Of a DNA stretch of 64,000 nt, positions 63,601-64,000 are shown one piece after another (position 1 is the first letter of the stretch; each line of letters opens with the position of its first letter). The stretch comes from Enoplolaimus lenunculus (Eukaryota), in contig JASANG010000753.1 of NCBI GenBank assembly GCA_030248215.1, positions 620,001-684,000 on the forward strand, in the 5' to 3' direction. Position numbers and translations under genes: made by a program. A model generated the notes under the pieces. The model was not told the origin of the DNA. It did no database searches and worked only from the letters and a program-made list of their open reading frames with translations.

Positions 63601-64000
63601 CTAATTTTTAAATCTCTCACAGGTGCAAAAGTTACAAAGCCTATCACCAACTGGTTAATAGATGCTATACACATTTGAAAATATGACATTTTGCTAGTTT
63701 CATTAGCCGAGCTGATACATATGTGCAATTACGCAGTGCAAGCAGCAGTACTGCACTTGTCAATTACACAACAAGATTTCATTAGAATAGGCACCAACCA
63801 AAATATAACGACACATCCCCCCTTCGCGGGATTGCAATAGAGTAGCAGTGAGACTTTAATTTTTTGCTTACACTGCAAAAAATGGTGAGCTAAATTGGCT
63901 GTCTCCGAAATCGGCTTTTCCGAACTACACAAACTGAGTTAAAAGTCGACTCCGTCAGAGTCAAATTCGACTCAATTTGACTCTGGTGGAGGCGAATTTT

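Overview
Eukaryotic genomic DNA, almost certainly from a nematode: TTAGGC telomere-type repeats, a CAL-1-type calmodulin-like gene, a DUF1647-like gene and GT..TTTCAG-type introns. Bases 1 to ~10321 are the right-hand part of a partly decayed Polinton/Maverick (virus-like DNA transposon). It carries a retroviral-type integrase, a small Cys/His protein, a minor capsid (penton) protein, two further Polinton-type proteins, a protein-primed family B DNA polymerase, a ~155-bp palindromic tandem array and a candidate ...CTACT terminus. The element appears to lie in an intron of a DUF1647-like host gene whose last two exons follow it. Next come a multi-exon DEK gene (minus strand) and a syntaxin-7/12 gene (plus strand), head-to-head. 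A ~20-kb gene-poor stretch follows, then a 3-exon cal-1-like gene. Introns and intergenic DNA are packed with non-autonomous DNA transposons (hAT-like, CACTG/CMC-like, PIF/Harbinger-like, piggyBac-like, Helitron-like). Two of these families are unusual: GGCC-ended MITEs with 8-bp target-site duplications (TSDs) that carry telomeric TTAGGC repeats, and a TTAA-flanked MITE carrying a tRNA-like Pol III cassette. All family assignments come from motif recognition by eye; no database searches were run.
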